A DNA stretch of 64,000 nt from contig JBGCFM010000041.1 in the NCBI GenBank assembly GCA_045106895.1, forward strand, positions 10,585-74,584, read 5' to 3'. Below, piece by piece: positions 63,058-64,000 of the stretch. Under the pieces are notes generated by a model. The model did no database searches. It saw only the letters and a program-made list of their open reading frames with translations, and had not been told where the DNA came from. The translations under genes were made by a program, and so were the position numbers. How positions within the stretch are numbered: the stretch's first letter is position 1; each line of letters opens with the position of its first letter. The DNA is from Polyangiales bacterium (GTDB lineage: Bacteria > Myxococcota_A > Polyangia > Polyangiales > Houyiibacteriaceae).

Positions 63058-63498
63058 ATGGCGTGGAGCGACAGAATGAACGACGGCTTCGCCTTCGCGG
63101 CCCTTCTCGCACGCCGTGTCGACGCGTCGGGCGAAGGGCCTGAGGTCTACGTCGCACATGGCGCGCGCCCGGCGATCAAATCACGGCTCGACGCACTTCG
63201 TTCGGGAGCCCTGAAAGCCGAAGCGCTTGTCCCCGCTCTTCGGCCGGGTCCAAACGAATCCGTGCTCCAGGATGCCGCGCCGCGCGTTCGTGCCGTTGTC
63301 GGGTCACTCCTCGCAATAAGCGAACGTCGCCGACTTGCGCATCGCGGGCCCTTGCCGACCCCGAGGCGCGGCTATGAGGCGCATCCCGACCTCGCGCGGG
63401 CCCTGGCACGTTGGCGTACCGACTCCGACACGCTTCGTTGCGTCGCCCAAGAGCGCCGAGAGCTCAAAGAGGAGGAGGATGTATGGGCCGAGTCCTAA
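63058..63498 (+). CDS. Hypothetical protein preceding the SctL/FliH-like gene
   Basis: 146-aa ORF starting at the ATG at 63058. It overlaps the next gene by 16 nt. No motif recognised. Confidence 0.45.
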   Translation: MAWSDRMNDGFAFAALLARRVDASGEGPEVYVAHGARPAIKSRLDALRSGALKAEALVPALRPGPNESVLQDAAPRVRAVVGSLLAISERRRLAHRGPLPTPRRGYEAHPDLARALARWRTDSDTLRCVAQERRELKEEEDVWAES

Positions 63499-64000
63499 AA
63501 GGCCGGGTCGTTTCCGGCGTCGTTCTCGACGCTGCCACGGAGGCGGAACGCGTCGTTTCCCAAGCCCGACAAGAAGCGACAGAGAACCTTCGCGTCGCGG
63601 CGGCGGAGAGCGAAGCGATCCGCGAAGAGGCACGCCAGCGCGGTGATATGCAAGGCCGGGCGGAGTGCGCGGCCCTCTTGGTCGAGGCCGCGGCCGCGCG
63701 TGACTCGTTGCTCCAGGACGCCGAGAGCTCCCTCATCGACCTCGCTCTGGCAGCGACAACGCGACTCGTCGGCGACGTGCTGAAAGATCATCCAGATGTC
63801 GTTCGGGCGCGCGTGCAAGAAGTTCTCGCGAAGACACGCCGAGCTCAGCGTGTCACGGTATACGTTCACGAAACGGACGTGGCCCGCGTTCAGGGGTTCG
63901 CCGGGGTCGTGGTCCAAGCGTCCAAGGAGCTCTCGCCGGGAGACTGCATCGTCGACACCGACGTGGGGCAGTTCGACGCACGCGTGAGCACTCAAATCGA
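63483..64000 (+). CDS. FliH/SctL-family type III secretion stator protein, 3' end outside window
   Basis: Hand translation from the ATG at 63483 gives MGRVLKGRVVSG...AEAIREEARQRG...LALAATTRLVGDVL...GDCIVDTDVGQFDARVSTQI. This is the charged coiled-coil N-terminus plus the GxxIVxTDxGxxDARxxTQ C-terminal motif typical of FliH/SctL. It is absent from the ORF track because no stop codon lies within the window. Confidence 0.7.
   Translation, partial: MGRVLKGRVVSGVVLDAATEAERVVSQARQEATENLRVAAAESEAIREEARQRGDMQGRAECAALLVEAAAARDSLLQDAESSLIDLALAATTRLVGDVLKDHPDVVRARVQEVLAKTRRAQRVTVYVHETDVARVQGFAGVVVQASKELSPGDCIVDTDVGQFDARVSTQI

Overview
High-GC bacterial chromosomal segment, densely coding on both strands. 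I count about 55 protein genes and one tRNA-Cys. I saw no rRNA, CRISPR array, transposase, integrase or phage genes. Several signals suggest a Myxococcota-like genome (inference only): two MYXO-CTERM-like C-terminal sorting tails, a FrzS-like pseudo-receiver/coiled-coil protein, eukaryotic-like Ser/Thr kinases (one with PEGA domains), many Cys-rich secreted proteins, and a FliH/SctL-type gene at the right edge. Recognisable housekeeping genes are lexA, tatA, rlmI, acnA, panB, panC, ppsR, comEC, fumC, argH and lysA. The loci most worth a second look are: (1) 24.3-29.7 kb, a translationally coupled KS / CLF-like / KS / flavin-halogenase-like operon converging on a GT2 + discrete ACP pair. This looks like an aryl-polyene-type type II PKS core, but the usual reductase, dehydratase, loading and export genes are not nearby. 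(2) 55.2-57.4 kb, a full-length P1B-type ATPase homologue with a TRASH/YHS-like zinc ribbon in which DKTGT, TGES, CPC and GDGxND are all degenerate. (3) 22.6-23.5 kb, a monothiol glutaredoxin + Cys-less A-type-carrier-like + rhodanese fusion. (4) The lexA promoter, which carries a GTTC-N7-GTTC repeat. (5) 50.2-55.1 kb, a cell-wall remodelling neighbourhood. (6) An unannotated 47-codon, highly basic ORF. All functional calls come from reading motifs by eye in the supplied translations and DNA. No database search or computation was run, and many start codons are uncertain. The ORF track shows GTG/TTG starts as M.
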